This document shows, in pieces, positions 23,046 to 35,600 of a stretch of 64,000 nucleotides of DNA. Below the pieces are notes generated by a model. That model was not told the DNA's origin. It was given only the letters and a program-made list of their open reading frames with translations, and did no database searches. A program made the translations under genes and the position numbers. This DNA is from Leucoraja ocellata (taxonomy: Eukaryota). Location of the stretch: NCBI GenBank assembly GCA_036785375.1, contig JAWMAR010000005.1, positions 19,654,001 to 19,718,000 on the forward strand, in the 5' to 3' direction. Within the stretch, counting starts at the first letter, position 1; every line of letters starts with the position of its first letter.

Positions 23046-23964
23046 CTAGTTTAAAGTCTCCCCAGTAGCCTTTGCAAATTTCCCCGCCAGGATATTGGTC
23101 CCCCCTCGGGTTCAAGTGCAATCCATCCTTCCCCAAAAGAAGTCCCAATGATCCAGGAACTTGAATCCCTGCCCTCTGCACCAATCTGTCATCCACGCAT
23201 TTATCCTCCACCTCGCTCCATTCCTACTCTCACTGTTGCGTGGCACAGGCAGTAATCCTGAGATTGTTACCTTTTTGATCCTTTTCCTTAACTCTCCTCC
23301 CAACTCACTAAATCCTCCCTTCAGGACCTCTTCCCTTTTTTTACTTATGTCATTGGTACCTATATGTACCACTACCACAGGCTCCTCTCCCTCTGATTTC
23401 AGGATATCTTGGATGCGTTGAGACACGTCCGAGACCTTGGCACCAGGGAGGCAGACCACCATCCTGGTCTCCCGACTGCGTCCACAGAATCGCCTATCCG
23501 ACCCACTAACAATAGAGTCCCCAATTACTATTGCCCTCTTCTTTTTTCCCCTACCTTTCGGAGCAACAGGGCTGGTCTCTGTGCTGGAGGCCCGTCCGCT
23601 GTCACTACCCCCGGGTAGGCTGTCATCCCCCATCCGTACTCAAACAGGAGTATTTATTTGCGAGGTGGACCGACATTGGAGTACTCACTCGTCCCTGCCT
23701 CTGCCCCTTGCCCTTCCTTAGCGTGACCCACATGTCTCTCTCCCGTGGTTTTGGAGTGACCACCTCCCTATAACTCCCCTCTATGACCTCCTCACTCTCC
23801 CTGATCAGACAGAGGTCATCGAGCTGCTGCTCCAGGATCCTAAAACAGTCCCTTAGGAGCCCCATCTCGCTGCACCTGGTGCAGATGTGGACGTCTGGAG
23901 GGCCATCCGACACCATGACCTCCCACATCTGACATCCAGAACAGTACACTGCTCTGACTGTCAT
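23046..23964 (-). pseudogene. CR1 ORF1 (CxxC...CxxC plus SGNH/GDSL esterase), frameshifted
   Basis: CSGC...CTRC in 23623-23964. GDSIV and HIGTND in 23112-23633. DGLHLN is out of frame near 23110-23130. Confidence 0.8.
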
Positions 23965-24096
23965 TCTCCCGCCTTACCCTGGATCTGATACCAGTATAAT
24001 ACAATAGAAACTGCTGGGAGAAATCAGCAGGTATCCGACTCACAACAGCTGCTCCCTCGTGCCCTTTAAACTGCACCTTTATTATATAAACAAAAA

Positions 24097-24410
24097 GCAC
24101 TGTACCTTTAGCTCACTGTACCCTTGGCTCACTGTACCCTTAGCTCACTGTACCTTTAACCCACTGTACCCTTAGCTCACTGTACCTTTACTAAAGCACT
24201 GTACCTTTAGCCCACTGTACCTTTAGCCCACTGTACCTTTAGCCCACTGTACCTTTAGCCCACTGTACCCTTAGCCCACTGTACCCTTTAACCCACTGTA
24301 CCTTTAGCCCACTGTACCTTTAGCCCACTGTACCTTTACTAAAGCACTGTACCCTTAGCCCACTGTACCCTTAGCCCACTGTACCTTTACTAAAGCACTG
24401 CACCTTTAAC
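24097..24410. repeat. ~16-bp tandem repeat in the CR1 5' UTR
   Basis: (CACTGTACCTTTAGCC)n, roughly 19 copies. A two-copy repeat of about 80 bp follows at 24538-24689. Confidence 0.9.
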
Positions 24411-25016
24411 CAGAAAGCACAAATGCTAACCTGAGGTTGCATGCAATCAGCTGCTTCCTCTAGTCTGCTTCCACCAATCAGCGGCTTCCACCAGAACCCT
24501 CCCTATGGAGTATGGAACGTTACGGATTTTGGTAAAAGCCCTGACCCTCCTCCACTGCTCTCCAACGGTCCCGGGCCTCTGTGAAATAAAGCCCCGCGCC
24601 CGATTTAAGTACTCCCCGCCCTGACCCTCCTCCACACTCTCCAACGGTCCTGGGCCTCTGTGAAATAAAGCCCCGCGCCCGATTTAAGTTCTTCTCCAAA
24701 GCCTCCACATTATTCCCTCGAAGGGACGACCTGAACCTCCACACTATACTGCAAGTGCGGCCTAACCGAAGGCCTGTAAATAAATGTAATGTCAATGCAT
24801 GTGTAAATACATACCCAACAACACATGCACACATTCTGCATATGAGCAAATATCTATTTACTCCTATTTTGCTCAATTGTCCTTAATTCAGAGCTAACCT
24901 TTGACTCTCAAGCTACATGTTCAATGTACCTGGTCTCAGTGTGGAATTCAGTTGTTTTGACCACTTCGTGTTATGCTTTTAAAAACATCTCTGTAATATG
25001 TTTCTGTTAAATCACA

Positions 25017-25022
25017 AATAAA
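25017..25022 (+). terminator. Candidate ancestral poly(A) signal of membrane IgM
   Basis: AATAAA in unique sequence with a T/GT-rich downstream region. No AATAAA or ATTAAA was found between 19511 and 20022. Confidence 0.5.
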
Positions 25023-25721
25023 AGCAGAACTACAAAAGCCTAACCTAGTTTGCTATATTTGTTTATCGAAGGAACCAGCACCTTGCTCTAAATGTGCTCT
25101 CGTTTTACCTCGTGTTCCACCATTTCTGGAATTAGCTGGGATCGCATGACTCCAAAGGATTGTAAATTAGTTCAGATCGATTTGCCTGGTACCCATCTTG
25201 GGTGCGCTTTCACTTAGACATTGATTGGGCCTTTGATGGCGGGTGAGTGAGTTAGTATCGGCCCCCAAAATAAGAATAGGCCACATGGAGCCACAAAGCC
25301 ACTCATCCCACTAGTTGGGTATCCTGGACTACTCTCGGCTGATTGCATTTGGCCCATTCAGCGCACTATCAGGGTAACCGCGACTAACCGTGGCGGCGAC
25401 TGTGGAGGCCTCAATAGGCCCGACTTTGGGTGGACAAGAGGATGGGGACTGGACTTTGTGCTAAACATGTTTTTGTGTTTTGGTGTTGAATTTCTTCTTG
25501 AATGCTATGTTGTATTTTTATTAGTGCTGCAAGGACATCTGAATTGCCCCTGAATAAGGGGATTAATAAAGTCTAATCTAATCTAATCTAATCTAAAGTG
25601 ATTGGGTCCAGAGTACATTGAATAGAGATTGGGCCTACTTTCTGTGGCATCATGCAACACCAACACTGAATGGGCCTTGTGTTTTCGGACCTTACGTTGT
25701 TTGAATACTGAGTGGGCCTGT

Positions 25722-28335
25722 CATAGAAACATAGAAATTAGGTGCAGGAGTAGGCCATTCGGCCCTTCGAGCCTGCACCGCCATTCAATATGATCATAGC
25801 TGATCATCCAACTCAGTATCCTGTGGTTACACAAAAAAGCTGGAGAAACTCAGCAGGTGCAGCAGCATCTATGGAGCGAAGGAAATAGGCAACGTTTCGG
25901 GCCGAAACCCTTCTTCAGACTGATCGGGGGCGGGGACAAGAAAGGGAAAAGGAGGAGTAGCCAGAAGGCTGGGGGATGGGAGGAGACAGCAGGGGGGCTG
26001 AGGAAGGGGAGGAGACAGCAAGGACTAACAAAATTGGGAGAATTCGATGTTCATGCCCCCGGGGTGCAGACTCCCCAAACGGAATATGAGGTGCTGTTCC
26101 TCCAATTTCCGATGCTGCTCGCTGTGGCCATGGAGGAGACCCAGGACAGAGAGGTCGGAGACGGAGTGGGAGGGGGAGTTGAAGTGCTGAGCCACCAGGA
26201 GGTCAGCTTGGTTATTGCGGACCGAGCGGAGGTGTTCGGCGAAACGATCGCCCAACCTCCGCTTGGTTTCACCGATATAGATCTGCTGACATCTAGAGCA
26301 GCGGACGCAATAGATGAGGTTGGAAGAGATGCAGGTAAACCTCTGTCGTACCTGGAACGATTGCTTGGGTCCTTGAACGGAGTCGAGGGGGGAGGTAAAG
26401 GGACAAGTGTTGCATCTCTTGCGGTTGCAAGGGAAAGTGCCCGGGGAGGGGGTGGACCGAGAGGGAAGGGAAGAATTGACAAGGGAGTTATGGAGGGAGC
26501 GGTCTTTGCGGAAGGCAGATATGGGGGGAGATGGGAAGATGTGGCGAGTAGTGGGGTCACGTTGGAGGTCTCCCCCTCCCACTCCGCCTCCGACCTCTCT
26601 GTCCTGGGTCTCCTCCATGGCCACAGTGAGCAGCACCGGAAATTGGAGGAACAGCACCTCATATTCCGTTTGGGGAGTCTGCACCCCGGGGGCATGAACA
26701 TCGAATTCTCCCAATTTTGTTAGTCCTTGCTGTCTCCTCCCCTTCCTCAGCCCCCCTGCTGTCTCCTCCCATCCCCCAGCCTTCTGGCTACTCCTCCTTT
26801 TCCCTTTCTTGTCCCCGCCCCCGATCAGTCTGAAGAAGGGTTTCGGCGCGAAACGTTGCCTATTTCCTTCGCTCCATAGATGCTGCTGCACCCGCTGAGT
26901 TTCTCCAGCTTTTTTGTGTAACCTTCGATTCTCCAGCATCTGCAGTTCCCTCTTAAACTCAGTATCCTGTACCTGATTTCTCTCCATACCCTCTGATCCC
27001 CTTAGCCACAAGGGCCACATCTAACTCCCTCTTAAATATAGCCAATGAACTGGCCTCGACTACCCTCCGCGGCAGAGAGTTCCAGAGACTCACCACACTC
27101 TGTGTGAAAAAAGTTCTTCTCATCTCGGTTTTAAAGGATTTCCCCCTTATCCTTAAGCTGTGGCCCCTTGTCCTGGATTTCCCCAACATTGGGAGCAATC
27201 TTCCTGCATCTAGCCTGTCCAACCCCTTAAGAATTTTGTAAGTTTCTATAAGATCCCCTCTCAATCTCCTAAATTCTAGAGAGTATAAACCAAGTCTATC
27301 CAGTCTTTCTTCATAAGACAGTCCTGACATCCCAGGAATCAGTCTGGTGAACCTTCTCTGCACTCCCTCTATGGCAATAATGTCCTTCCTCAGATTTGGA
27401 GACCAAAACTGTACGCAATACTCCAGGTGTGGTCTCACCAAGATCCTGTACAACTGCAGTAGAACCTCCCTGCTCCTATACTCAAATCCTTTTGCTAGGA
27501 AAGCTAACATACCATTCGCTTTCTTCACTGACTGCTGCACCTGCATGCCTATTTTCAATGATTGGTGTACCATGACACCCAGGTCTCGCTGCATCTCCCC
27601 TTTTCCTAGTCGGCCACCATTTAGATAATAGTCTGCTTTCCTGTTTTTGCCACCAAAATGGATAACCTCACATTTATCCACATTATACTGCATCTGCCAA
27701 ACATTTGCCCACTCACCCAGCCTATCCAAGTCACCTTGCAGTCTCCTAGCATCCGCCTCACAGCTAACACTGCCCCCCAGCTTAGTGTCATCCGCAAACT
27801 TGGAGATATTGCCTTCAATTCTCTCATCCAGATCATTAATATATATTGTAAATAGCTGGGGTCCCAGCACTGAGCCTTGCGGTACCCCACTAGTCACTGC
27901 CTGCCATTGTGAAAAGGGCCCGTTTACTCCTACTCTTTGCTTCCTGTTTGCCAGCCAGTTCTCTATCCACATCAATACTGAACCCCCAATGCCGTGTACT
28001 TTAAGTTTGTATACTAATCTCTTATGTGGGACCTTGTCGAAAGCGTTCTGGAAGTCCAGATACACCACATGCACTGGTTCTCCCCTATCCACGCTACTAG
28101 TTACATCCTCGAAAAATTCTATAAGATTCGTCAGACATGATTTACCTTTCGTAAATCCATGCTGACTTTGTCCAATGATTTCACCACTTTCCAAATGTGC
28201 TGCTATCCTATCTTTAATAACTGACTAGCAGTTTCCCCACTACCGATGTTAGACTAACTGGTCTGTAATTCCCCGTTTTCTCTCTCCCTCCCTTCTTAAA
28301 AAGTGGGGTTATTTTTGCTACCCGCCAATCCTCAG
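25722..28335 (-). mobile_element. CR1 LINE 3' half (RT), with Penelope inserted in its 3' end
   Basis: ORF 26959-28194 (QHGF, GVPQG, FADD, RPHLEYC). Tail CATAGAAA at 25722. Confidence 0.92.
25825..26955. mobile_element. Penelope-like element 3' part (GIY-YIG endonuclease) with inverted termini
   Basis: CNRKRCNTC...NLIYCVRCSRC.QIYIGETKRRLGDRFAEH. Inverted duplication ~25826-26171 vs 26571-26923. 15-bp TSD AACTCAGTATCCTGT (25810-25824, 26956-26970). Confidence 0.92.
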
Positions 28336-28379
28336 TCGTCATGGGCCCCAGTATCGGGCCCGTGTCTCCCTCCAGAGTT

Positions 28380-28800
28380 ACCACCTTAGGAGACAGATGT
28401 TATAGTTAGATGTTTTGCCACAAAAGTGGAAGGAAGTGGAAGCAGTAATATGGCGTGGAAATGCTTCTTCTGCACCGGGACCAAATGGAGTCCCTTACCG
28501 GGTACATAAAAGTGCACATGATGTGCTTAGATTCTCGCAGAGGCTCTGTCCAATAGTTTGGTAGAAGCAGGTCATACCAAGGGTTTGGCATAGAGCAGGG
28601 GGAATGTTCATTCCCTAGAAGAAAGAGTCTCCAGAGTTAAATCAGTTTAGGCTGTTTGTCTCCTAAATGTAGATGGCAAGATTTTCTTTAGCATAGTGGC
28701 CCAGAGGCTAGCAAGTTATATAGAAAGGAACAGGTTAATTGATCCCACAGTGCAGAAAGCAGGTATACCAGGGTTCGCAGGTTACTTAGAACACATTAGT
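28380..28800 (+). mobile_element. Degraded RT fragment of an RLE-type (HERO/NeSL-like) non-LTR retrotransposon
   Basis: SAPGPNGVPY...LLNVDGKIFFSIVAQRLASYIERNRLIDPTVQKAGIPGFAGYLEH. Confidence 0.65.
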
Positions 28801-28804
28801 TAAA

Positions 28805-30105
28805 TATAAAAACATAGAAAATAGGTGCAGGCGGAGGTCGTTTGGCCTATCGAGCACAAACCGTCATTCAATGTGATCGTCCAAAATCATTACCCCGTTC
28901 TTGCTTTCTCCCCATATCCTTTGATTCCATTAGCCCCAAGCACTATATCTAGCTCTCTCTTGAAATCATCCAGTGAATTGGCCTCCACTGCCTTCTGAGG
29001 CAGAGAATTCCACAAATTCACAACTCTCTTGCTAAAAAAAAGGTTTTCCTCATCTCAGTAGTAAATGGCCTAATCCTTATTCTTAAACCGTGACCCATAG
29101 GTCTGAACCCCCAATATCAGGAACATTTTTCCTGCATCCAGCCTGTCCAAACCCTTAAGAATTATATATCTTTCTATAAGATCTCCTCTCACCCATCTTA
29201 ATCCCTTCATTTAAGCCCAGTCGATCCATTCTTTCATCATATGTCTGTCCAGACATCCCGGGAATTAACCCTGTGAACCTACGCTGTGCTCATTCATTGA
29301 CACGAATGTCCTTCGGCAAATTAGGAGACCAAAATTGCACCAGATGCTCAGGTGTGTTCTCACCAGAGCCCTGTACAACCCACTACCAATGTCAGTCTAA
29401 CTGGTCTATAATTCCCTGTTTTCTCTTTCCCCTCTTTCTTAAAAGGTGGGGTTACATTAGGTACCCTCCAGTTCACTGGAACTAACCAAATGTCTATAGA
29501 ACATTGGAAAATGATTACCAATACATGCACGATTTCGAGGGCCACCTCCTGTGTTGTTTCGGATGCAGACCATCAGGCCCTGGGGATTTACATGTCTTCT
29601 GTCCCAACAGTTTACCTAACAACATTTCCTGAATCATGTGGATTCCCTTCACTTCCTCCCTCCCACTAGATCCTCGGTCCCCTTGTATTTCTGGAAGATT
29701 GTTTGTGTCTTCCTTAGTGAAGACAGAACCAAAGTATTTGTGTAACTGGTCTGCCAATTTCTTGTTTCCCAGTATAAATTAACCTGTTTCTGACTGTAAG
29801 GGGCCTATATTTGTCTTCACTAATATTTCCCCCGCAAGTTTCCGTTCATGCTCTATTTACCCCCACTGAATTCATCCATTTGTCCTCCTGTGTTAAATAT
29901 TAAATTTAAATTTCTCCCAGTTTGTTGCTTTATCTGGCCAATTTATATGCCTGGATTTAATATTCCCTAATTTCCATTATTTGCCACGGTTGAGCCACCT
30001 TCCCTGTTTTATTTTTACACCTGACGGGTGAACAATTGGTGCAATTCATCCATAGGATCTTTAAATGTTTGCCGTTGCATATCTATCGTCAAGCCTTTAA
30101 GTATC
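28805..30105 (-). mobile_element. Degenerate CR1 fragments
   Basis: KSPGPDGLHP and GNYRPV motifs, with a 3' UTR and tail near 28810. Confidence 0.8.
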
Positions 30106-30106
30106 A

Positions 30107-30835
30107 TTTCAATTCAATTCAATTCAATTCAACTTTAATGTCATTGCACAAATACGAGTATGGGTACAACGAAATGCAGTTTAGCGTCAGTCCATAGTAT
30201 AGTGCAATATAGAAATAAAAATAAAAATACAGAATAATCAAACAATAATCGAAATCGAACGGTGTGGACGGAGAGACTGGAGAAATCTATCGGCGTGACT
30301 CCGAGTTCAGCAATGTGATGGTATTATTGTAGAAGTTGTTCCTCATCGTACTAGTACGTGACCTGAGGCTCCTGTACCGCCTCCCTGATGGGAGGAGGGC
30401 AAACAGTCCATGGTTGGGGTGGGAGGGGTCTTTGATGATCTTCCCGGCCCGTCTCAGACACCGTTTTCGATGGAGGGCATCCATGGCAGGGATCGGGTCA
30501 CCGATGATGTACTGCGCGGTTTTCACCACCCGTTGTAGTGCCTTCCTGTCCGCTACAGTGCAGCTGCTGTACCATACCGTGAAGCAGGTGGTCAGGATGC
30601 TTTCGATGGTACAGCGGTAAAAGTTGGTCAGGATCTGGGGGGACAGGTGGGCTTTCTTGAGCCTCCTCAGGAAGTAAAAAAGGCGCTGTTGTGCCTTTTT
30701 GATCAGCTTGGAGGTGTTGAGGGACCAGGACAGATCCTCCGAGATGTGTACCCCGAGGAACCTGTTGTTGGAGACGCGCTCCACCTCAGTCCCGTTTATA
30801 TGGATGGGGGTATGTCTGCCCCCTCTGACCTTCCT
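30107..30835 (-). mobile_element. Rex1/Babar LINE 3' fragment with (TGAAT)n tail
   Basis: ORF 30287-30784 reads RFLGVHISEDLSW...LPSGRRYRSL. Confidence 0.85.
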
Positions 30836-30979
30836 GAATTCAGTTTATCCTAGCAAATTCCCGTATCATACCATCAAAAGCCAATACGCGTCTCACACCG
30901 TCAAAATCTGATTCAGTATGAACACACTTATGAATAGTTATGGCACTAGATTCAGACTGCCAAGCTCAAGAGAAGAGGT

Positions 30980-32600
30980 TTGCATGGCCTTTCTCCCAAG
31001 AAGATTTGAGTATAGGAACAAAGAGGTCCTTCTGCAGTTGTACAGGGCCCTAGTCAGACCACACCTGGAGTATTGTGTACCGTTTTGGTCCCCTAATTTG
31101 AGGAAGGACATTCTTGCTATTCAGAGAGTGCAGCGTTATGAGGTAGCGCAGCGCAAATGTTATCCCACTTTTCAAGAAAGGAGCGAGAGAGAAAACGGGG
31201 AATTACAGGCCAGTTAGCCTGACTTCGATGATGGGAAAGATGCTGGAGTCAATTATTAAAGAGGTGATAATGGGGCATTTGGATAGCAGTAAAAGGATTA
31301 GTCCAAGTCAACATGGATTTATGAAAGGGAAATCATGCTTGACTAATCTTCTGGAATCTTTTGAGGATGTGACAAGTAAAATGGATGAAGGGGTGCCAGT
31401 GGATGTAGTGTATCTAGACTTTCAGAAAGCCTTTGATAAGGTCCCGCACGGGAGACTGGTGACCAAAATTAGAACACATGGTATTGGGGGTAGGGTGTTG
31501 ACATGGATATAAATTGGTTGGCAGACCAGAAGCAAATAGTAGAAGTGAACGGGTCCTTTTCAGAATGGCAGGCAGTGGTGAGTGGAGTGCCGAAAGGCTC
31601 GGTGTTGGGGCCGCAACTGTTTACCATATATATATTCATGATTTGGAAGAGGGAATTAGGAGCAACGCTAGCAAGTTTGCGGATGACACAAAGCTGGGTG
31701 ACAGTGTGAACTGTGAAGTGGATGTTAGGAGGTTGCAGGGTGACCAGGACAGGTTGAGTAAGTGGGCAGATGCGTGGCAGATGCGGTATAATATAGATAA
31801 ATGTGAGGTTATCCACTTTGGCGGCAAAAACAAGGGGGCAGATTATTATCTCAATGGGGTTAGGTTAGATAAGGGGGAGGTGCAGCGAGACCTGGGTGTC
31901 CTTGTACACCGGTCACTGAAAGTTGGCTTACAGGTACAGCAGGCAGTGAAGAAAGCTAATGGAATGTTGCTCTTCATAACACGAGGATTTCAGTATAGTA
32001 GTAAAGAGGTTCTTCTGCAGTTGTACAGGGCTCTGGTGAGACCACATCTGGAGTATTGTGTACAGTTTTGGTCTCCTAATTTGAGGAAGGACATTCTTGT
32101 GATTGAGGCAGTGCAGCGTAGGTTCACGAGATTGATCCCTGGGATGGCGGGACTGTCATATGAGGAAAGATTGAAAAGACTAGGCTTGTATTCACTGGAG
32201 TTTAGAAGGATGAGGGGGATTCTTATAGAAACATATAAAATTATAAAAGGACTGGACAAGCTAGATGCAGGAAAAATGTTCCCAATGTTGGGCGAGTCCA
32301 GAACCAGGGGCCACAGTCTTAGAATAAAGGGGAGGCCATTTAAGACTGAGGTGAGAAAAAACGTTTTCACCCCGAGAGTTGTGAATTTGTGGAATTCCCT
32401 GCCACAGAGGGCAGTGGAGGCCAAGTCACTGGATGGATTTAAGAGAGAGTTAGATAGAGCTCTGGGGTAGTGGAGTCAAGGGATATGGGTAGAAGGCAGG
32501 CACGGGTTATTGATTGGGGACGATCAGCCATGATCACAATGAATGGCGGTGCTGGCTCGAAGGGCCGAATGGCCTCCTCCTGCACCTATTTTCTATGTGT
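30980..32600 (+). mobile_element. CR1 RT/3' end (composite)
   Basis: QHGF, DFQKAFD, FADD and RPHLEYC. The 3' UTR runs directly into the satellite. Confidence 0.9.
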
Positions 32601-35600
32601 CTATGTCTCTATGTCTCTATGTTTCTATGTCTCTATGTCTCTATGTGTCTATGTCTCTATTTCTGTGTCTATGTGTCTATGTGTCTATGTCTCTATGTGT
32701 CTATGTGTCTATGTGTCTATGTCTCTATGTGTCTATGTCTCTATTTCTGTGTCTATGTGTCTATGTCTCTATGTCTCTATGTGTCTATGTCTCTATGTGT
32801 CTATGTCTCTATGTCTCTATGTGTCTATGTGTCTATGTCTCTATGTGTCTATGTATCTATGTGTCTATGTGTCTATGTGTCTATGTGTCTATGTGTCTAT
32901 GTCTCTATGTCTCTATGTGTCTATGTGTCTATGTGTCTATGTCTCTATGTGTCTATGTGTCTGTCTCTATGTGTCTATGTATCTATGTGTCTATGTCTCT
33001 ATGTGTCTATGTGTCTATGTCTCTATGTGTCTATGTGTCTATGTCTCTATGTGTCTATGTATCTANNNNNNNNNNNNNNNNNNNNNNNNNNNNNNNNNNN
33101 NNNNNNNNNNNNNNNNNNNNNNNNNNNNNNNNNNNNNNNNNNNNNNNNNNNNNNNNNNNNNNNNNNNNNNNNNNNNNNNNNNNNNNNNNNNNNNNNNNNN
33201 NNNNNNNNNNNNNTCTATGTCTCTATGTGTCTATGTGTCTATGTATCTATGTGTCTATGTGTCTATGTGTCTATGTGTCTATGTCTCTATGTCTCTATGT
33301 GTCTATGTGTCTATGTGTCTATGTCTCTATGTGTCTATGTGTCTATGTCTCTATGTGTCTATGTATCTATGTGTCTACGTCTCTATGTGTCTATGTCTCT
33401 ATGTGTCTATGTGTCTATGCCTCTATGTGTCTATGTCTCTATGTGTCTATGTCTCTATGTGTCTATGTGTCTATGTGTCTATGTCTCTATTTCTCTATGT
33501 GTCTATGTCTCTATGTGTCTATGTGTCTATGTCTCTATGTCTCTATGTCTCTATGTCTCTATGTCTCTATGTCTCTATGTGTCTGTGTCTATGTCTCTAT
33601 GTCTCTATGTCTCTATGTGTCTATGTCTCTATTTCTCTATGTGTCTATGTCTCTATGTGTCTATGTGTCTATGTCTCTATGTGTCTATGTGTCTATGTCT
33701 CTATGTCTCTATGTGTCTATGTCTCTATGTGTCTATGTGTCTATGTATCTATGTGTCTATGTGTCTATGTGTCTATGTGTCTATGTCTCTATGTCTCTAT
33801 GTGTCTATGTGTCTATGTGTCTATGTCTCTATGTGTCTATGTGTCTATGTCTCTATGTGTCTATGTATCTATGTGTCTATGTCTCTATGTGTCTATGTCT
33901 CTATGTGTCTATGTGTCTATGCCTCTATGTGTCTATGTCTCTATGTGTCTAAGTCTCTATGTGTCTATGTGTCTATGTGTCTATGTCTCTATTTCTCTAT
34001 GTGTCTATGTCTCTATGTGTCTATGTGTCTATGTCTCTATGTCTCTATGTCTCTATGTCTCTATGTCTCTATGTGTCTATGTGTCTATGTGTCTATGTCT
34101 CTATGTCTCTATGTCTCTATGTGTCTATGTCTCTATTTCTCTATGTGTCTATGTCTCTATGTGTCTATGTCTCTATGTCTCTATGTCTCTATGTGTCTAT
34201 GTGTCTATGTGTCTATGTGTCTATGTCTCTATGTCTCTATGTCTCTATGTGTCTATGTGTCTATGTCTCTATGTGTCTATGTCTCTATGTGTCTATGTCT
34301 CTATGTGTCTATGTCTCTATGTCTCTATGTGTCTATGTGTCTATGTCTCTATGTGTCTATGTGTCTATGTCTCTATGTGTCTATGTCTCTATGTGTCTAT
34401 GTCTCTATGTGTCTATGTCTCTATGTCTCTATGTGTCTATGTCTCTATGTCTCTATGTCTCTGTGTCTATGTCTCTATTTCTCTATGTGTCTATGTCTCT
34501 ATGTGTCTATGTCTCTATGTCTCTATGTGTCTGTCTCTATGTGTCTATGTCTCTATGTGTCTATGTCTCTATGTCTCTATGTCTCTATGTCTCTATTTCT
34601 GTCTATGTGTCTATGTCTCTATGTGTCTATGTGTCTATGTGTCTATGTCTCTATGTCTCTATGTGTCTATGTGTCTATGTCTCTGTCTCTATGTGTCTAT
34701 GTGTCTATGTCTCTAAGTGTCTATGTGTCTATGTGTCTATGTGTCTATGTGTCTATGTCTCTATGTGTCTATGTGTCTATGTGTCTATGTCTCTATGTCT
34801 CTATGTGTCTATGTCTCTATGTGTCTATGTCTCCATGTGTCTATGTGTCTATGCCTCTATGTGTCTATGTGTCTATGTGTCTATGTCTCTATGTCTCTAT
34901 GTGTCTATGTCTCTATGTGTCTATGTATCTATGTGTCTATGTCTCTATGTGTCTATGTGTCTATGTCTCTATGTGTCTATGTATCTATGTGTCTATGTGT
35001 CTATGTCTCTATGTGTCTATGTGTCTATGTCTCTATGTGTCTATGTGTCTATGTGTCTATGTGTCTATGTGTCTATGTCTCTATGTGTCTGTGTCTATGT
35101 ATCTATGTCTCTATGTGTCTATGTCTCTATGTGTCTATGTGTCTATGTATCTATGTGTCTATGTGTCTATGTGTCTATGTGTCTATGTCTCTATGTCTCT
35201 ATGTGTCTATGTGTCTATGTGTCTATGTCTCTATGTGTCTATGTGTCTATGTCTCTATGTGTCTATGTATCTATGTGTCTATGTCTCTATGTGTCTATGT
35301 CTCTATGTGTCTATGTGTCTATGCCTCTATGTGTCTATGTCTCTATGTGTCTATGTCTCTATGTGTCTATGTGTCTATGTGTCTATGTCTCTATTTCTCT
35401 ATGTGTCTATGTCTCTATGTGTCTATGTGTCTATGTCTCTATGTCTCTATGTCTCTATGTCTCTATGTGTCTATGTGGCTATGTGTCTATGTCTCTATGT
35501 CTCTATGTCTCTATGTGTCTATGTCTCTATTTCTCTATGTGTCTATGTCTCTATGTGTCTATGTCTCTATGTCTCTATGTCTCTATGTGTCTATGTGTCT

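Larger units (their letters stand above)
20023..24689 (-). mobile_element. Full-length CR1 LINE (5' UTR repeats, ORF1, ORF2, tail), lightly damaged
   Basis: ORF2 EN+RT, ORF1 with Zn-finger-like and SGNH-esterase parts, ATATAAC tail at 20023-20050, and a candidate TCTT TSD (20019-20022, 24690-24693). Confidence 0.92.
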
